Positions 60,980 to 64,000 of a stretch of 64,000 nucleotides of DNA are shown here, in pieces. The notes under the pieces were generated by a model that saw only the letters and a list, made by a program, of their open reading frames with translations, was not told the DNA's origin and ran no database searches. The stretch covers positions 11,087 to 75,086 of the forward strand of contig JAHFGL010000005.1 in NCBI GenBank assembly GCA_023247445.1, given 5' to 3'. The DNA comes from Candidatus Omnitrophota bacterium. GTDB taxonomy: Bacteria; Omnitrophota; Gorgyraeia; Zapsychrales; Zapsychraceae. Numbering within the stretch: the first letter of the stretch is position 1; each line of letters begins with the position of its first letter. A program made the position numbers and the translations under genes.

Positions 60980-61231
60980 ATCTTCTCCTTAAAATATTAA
61001 TGACCCTGAGAGTCTCTTGTGTTTTGATTTTTACGTCGAGAATATTCATGCAAGGCAAAACATTGACATTTAATAATTTATAACTGTATAAAGTTACTAT
61101 GAATATAACAAAGGATTAATTTTTATACAAGAAGAAAACCTATTTTTTTGCTCTTAAATACAAATAAAAAATGGGACAAATGATTTGTCCCATGAGTAAA
61201 TTCACCAACATAGTAAATGCTTAAATTAATT

Positions 61232-61382
61232 ATCCCAAATTTTGCACGCACACATAATTTATGCACAAAAATGTGCGTTCAAAATTATGGGATTACCCCG
61301 CCAAAGTTGTTGATGTCTCTTACGGCATCAACTTTGTCGGCCCTTTGGGCGGATTTTGCTATTGCAAAATCCGGGATTATTC
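61232..61382. ncRNA. ~150-nt structured element, copy B
   Basis: 95% identical to 31762-31912. Central hairpin stem is perfect here (gttgatg/catcaac). Confidence 0.5.
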
Positions 61383-62057
61383 AAATCTGATCTCATCCAA
61401 ATAAAAAATACAGGATTCTTGATTAACATTTTCATTAGTTGTCCAAGCAAATCCTCCGCTAATATAGGAAAGGTCTTTCCCACGTAAATCGATCGTATAT
61501 TGTCGCCACTCAGAGGTTAAAATCACCGGACCAATAAGTGAGGTATCTGAATCCGGATAATTCCCAGAAATACCTCCTACGGTAAATTCTTCAATTTGCT
61601 CACCACCCTTATCTCCCCTGGCCCAAAAAGTTAATTTGGTTGCCCCTTTTAAGTTAAAACCACCCTTCTTTTGTCCCCAATTATTTGCCGGATTAAGCCA
61701 ATAAATACCCGCCCACTTTTGATCACGGCGTGAACAGTCAACATCATAATCAACGCGAATACATGTTTTGCCCGTATAACACTTTTCAACCCAAATATCA
61801 TTAAAGGCAATACATTTCCCATTAGGCATAAACCCCGATGGGACATAATGATTTTGCTTAGATTCTTTTTCCGAATAAACATAGAAAGGCGAAAAGGAAT
61901 TAAGATTAATGGAGGCCTTTTCAGAAGGAATATTACTCTGAGGAATTGTTGGTTCAACTTGCTCATTAGAAACAACGGAAGTCGCTTTAGCTGGAGCTCT
62001 CTGACATGAATAAAGGGGGAGTAAAACAAGAATCAACAAGATAGAAACGAATTGCAT
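61377..62057 (-). CDS. Lipoprotein with carbohydrate-binding-module-like domain
   Basis: Lipobox LYSC. Start set at MQFVSILL. Adjacent to glycoside hydrolase genes. Confidence 0.5.
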   Translation of the reverse strand: MQFVSILLILVLLPLYSCQRAPAKATSVVSNEQVEPTIPQSNIPSEKASINLNSFSPFYVYSEKESKQNHYVPSGFMPNGKCIAFNDIWVEKCYTGKTCIRVDYDVDCSRRDQKWAGIYWLNPANNWGQKKGGFNLKGATKLTFWARGDKGGEQIEEFTVGGISGNYPDSDTSLIGPVILTSEWRQYTIDLRGKDLSYISGGFAWTTNENVNQESCIFYLDEIRFE

Positions 62058-62199
62058 TCTAAGATAAACCTTTCTACAACAACATCTTTTAATCGGAAGT
62101 GATACTAAAATCATCGGGCCAAAAAGATTCGCCCCGATGATCATCGAGGCGAAAAAATAATAATTTAAAATTTCCTCTTACCCTCTACTCTAAAAACTA

Positions 62200-63060
62200 T
62201 TAAATATCTTCAAGTCCATCTAAAGCCTGTTGAGCGGCCTCTGAAGGTTTCCAAAACCATCCCTGAGGATCCCAGCATTGTGCATAAGAATATTCATCAA
62301 TTAATTTCTTATAAGCTTCTTTAGCTTCATTGGTCTGACCTGCTTTTTTATACGCCTCTCCCTCGATATATAGGGCGGTTCCTGTATCATTAAGAGCCCA
62401 ATAGCTAAAAATTTTATCTTTAGACTCCCAAGGATATTCTGTCAAAGATTTTTGCATATCTTTGCCTTTGTCAGAATAAAGTTCTAAAATTTTATTAACA
62501 TAGGTAACAACAGCATCTGTATTATTACTGGCTAAAGCTTTCCATGCCTGAGATGTCAGAAATGAAGAAGAATAATCACCAAAATCCAAATCAGAACCTG
62601 ATTCAAGCATGGCTAATTTCTCTTTAGCAGCATCCGCTGGTTTCCAAAACCAACCTTGAGGATCCCACGCTTGACCAAAAGAATAGTTATCAATGATCTT
62701 CTTATAAGCCGCACTGGCTTCATCATTCATCTTAGATTTGCGATACATCTCTCCCTGAATAAATAAACCTGTGGCCACATCATTTAATGCCCAATAGCTA
62801 AAAATTTCTTTATTTTCTCCCTTTGGATAATCGGTAAGACTGGCTTGCATTTTCTTAGCTTGTTCACCATAAAGCTCAATACATTTATTTGTATAAGCTA
62901 AGACGGCTTCCATATCATTATCTTGCATTGCCTTCCAAGCCTTTGTGATTAAAGTTTCCGAACGAAAGTCACCAAAATTATACGCGGCCATAACTCTCGT
63001 GGGAGAAACAATCATAAGGCTTGTCAATAAAATTGTTAATGTAAGAAATACTTTTTTCAT
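62200..63060 (-). CDS. Secreted protein with internal tandem duplication (two ~130-aa repeats)
   Basis: Repeats share ...AWKA...AV..Y.NK..ELY....K.MQ.SLT.YP....K.IFSYWALND.....I.GE.Y.K.....EA..AYKK.ID.YS..Q.WDPQGWFWKP..AA. Confidence 0.55.
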   Translation of the reverse strand: MKKVFLTLTILLTSLMIVSPTRVMAAYNFGDFRSETLITKAWKAMQDNDMEAVLAYTNKCIELYGEQAKKMQASLTDYPKGENKEIFSYWALNDVATGLFIQGEMYRKSKMNDEASAAYKKIIDNYSFGQAWDPQGWFWKPADAAKEKLAMLESGSDLDFGDYSSSFLTSQAWKALASNNTDAVVTYVNKILELYSDKGKDMQKSLTEYPWESKDKIFSYWALNDTGTALYIEGEAYKKAGQTNEAKEAYKKLIDEYSYAQCWDPQGWFWKPSEAAQQALDGLEDI

Positions 63061-63273
63061 AATAACTCCTCCGTTAGTCAATTATTTTTGTTCTATAAAG
63101 GTAAGTATACTCCACTTTCAAATTCTTTACCAATACCTGTTTCTCCTGCGGGATAATTTAAATAAATGATTAATATTAAAATATTTGATTTAAATTTTGG
63201 AACTGCTTATTCAAGGTAAAGGATAACATCTATTAATCTAAATTTCAATACGACAAACCCGTACAAACCCTCC

Positions 63274-64000
63274 CTAATTCCACAGCTCTTTATATAGGTA
63301 ATAACTCTTTCGTAAATGTCTTAAAAATGGACTTTGCGTACCATTCCCTTGACCTATCAGCCCAAACCACTCTTCGTGATAATATCCACCAGGAAATGGA
63401 CCGATAGCCGTTGATTTCCAATCATGTCGAAATGGCTCATATCCTTTCCACCATTCATCCATCCATTCAAAGACAACGCCGCCCAACGCATTACCAACAC
63501 CCCGGGAATGACCCGCCGTATTTTCTTCAATATCCAACCAATTCCCTCGTTGATATTCGGCCTGAGCATCTTCACCCTCATCAAGCGTTAAGTGCTGAGC
63601 AAATGCTGGACACCCATATTCTGTAATAAACGCAGGCTTACCACTGGCATCAAAAACCTGTTCCCAAAATGATCCAAATCCATAATCGCCACGATAAACA
63701 TTCGCCGCAAAAATATCAACATGAGGAGCGTATTTAGCAAAAATATCAAGATATAGTGTATCGCCGTTACCAATAGCTACAGGATGATTTTTATCCACCG
63801 ACTTAATCCACTGGGCAACTTCATCAATAAACTTAAAATAGCTCTCCGGCTTCTTATCGGCGTTACAACCAACCCCATAATTATTTTCATTACCAAGAAG
63901 CCACACTAAAACATAAGGCTCATCTTTATATTCCATAACCATTTGCTTAACTGATTCAAGCATGTTCTTACGATGTTCAGGATTATCATAATCCGCTCCT
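63274..64000 (-). CDS. Clan GH-A glycoside hydrolase (GH2/GH5-like catalytic TIM barrel), partial; N-terminus beyond window end
   Basis: LLGNENN (acid/base) and FITEYG (nucleophile) motifs. Confidence 0.65.
   Translation of the reverse strand, partial: GADYDNPEHRKNMLESVKQMVMEYKDEPYVLVWLLGNENNYGVGCNADKKPESYFKFIDEVAQWIKSVDKNHPVAIGNGDTLYLDIFAKYAPHVDIFAANVYRGDYGFGSFWEQVFDASGKPAFITEYGCPAFAQHLTLDEGEDAQAEYQRGNWLDIEENTAGHSRGVGNALGGVVFEWMDEWWKGYEPFRHDWKSTAIGPFPGGYYHEEWFGLIGQGNGTQSPFLRHLRKSYYLYKELWN

Overview
This 64-kb chromosomal window is about 40% GC and codes mostly on the minus strand. The gene content points to a diderm bacterium, because it carries Lnt, LptE, BamD, an LpxL-like acyltransferase, and a putative bTHX-like ribosomal peptide. 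Recognisable housekeeping genes are secA, prfB (with the classic CUU UGA C +1 frameshift site), leuS, eno, uvrC, murJ, mnmG, thiS-thiG-thiH, cysK, purN, ssb, rpsT, a DEAD-box helicase and an ABC-F ATPase. Also present are competence and pilus genes (comEA, comEC, pilT), two type II toxin-antitoxin pairs (BrnT/BrnA and VapB/VapC), and three tRNAs (initiator Met, Thr-CGU, Phe-GAA). No CRISPR array, cas gene or reverse transcriptase was seen. The main stand-outs are as follows. (1) A 1096-aa membrane FtsH-like protease carries three complete tandem AAA+ modules before a single M41 HEAGH peptidase domain, and it is translationally coupled to a lipoprotein. (2) A strongly structured ~150-nt element occurs in two ~95%-identical copies 29.5 kb apart. 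(3) A ~110-nt mobile-looking element occurs in three copies and ends in a covarying terminal hairpin. One copy is nested inside a REP-like hairpin and another splits a tRNA-Thr 3'-half remnant. (4) Several families of GTCAT...ATGAC palindromic REP-like repeats and AGCT-rich palindromes fill intergenic spaces. (5) A GC-enriched gene encodes a YhcG-N-terminal-domain/SNase-fusion nuclease next to a small membrane protein. Coordinates for features that are not in the supplied ORF track were counted by hand and may be off by 1-2 nt.
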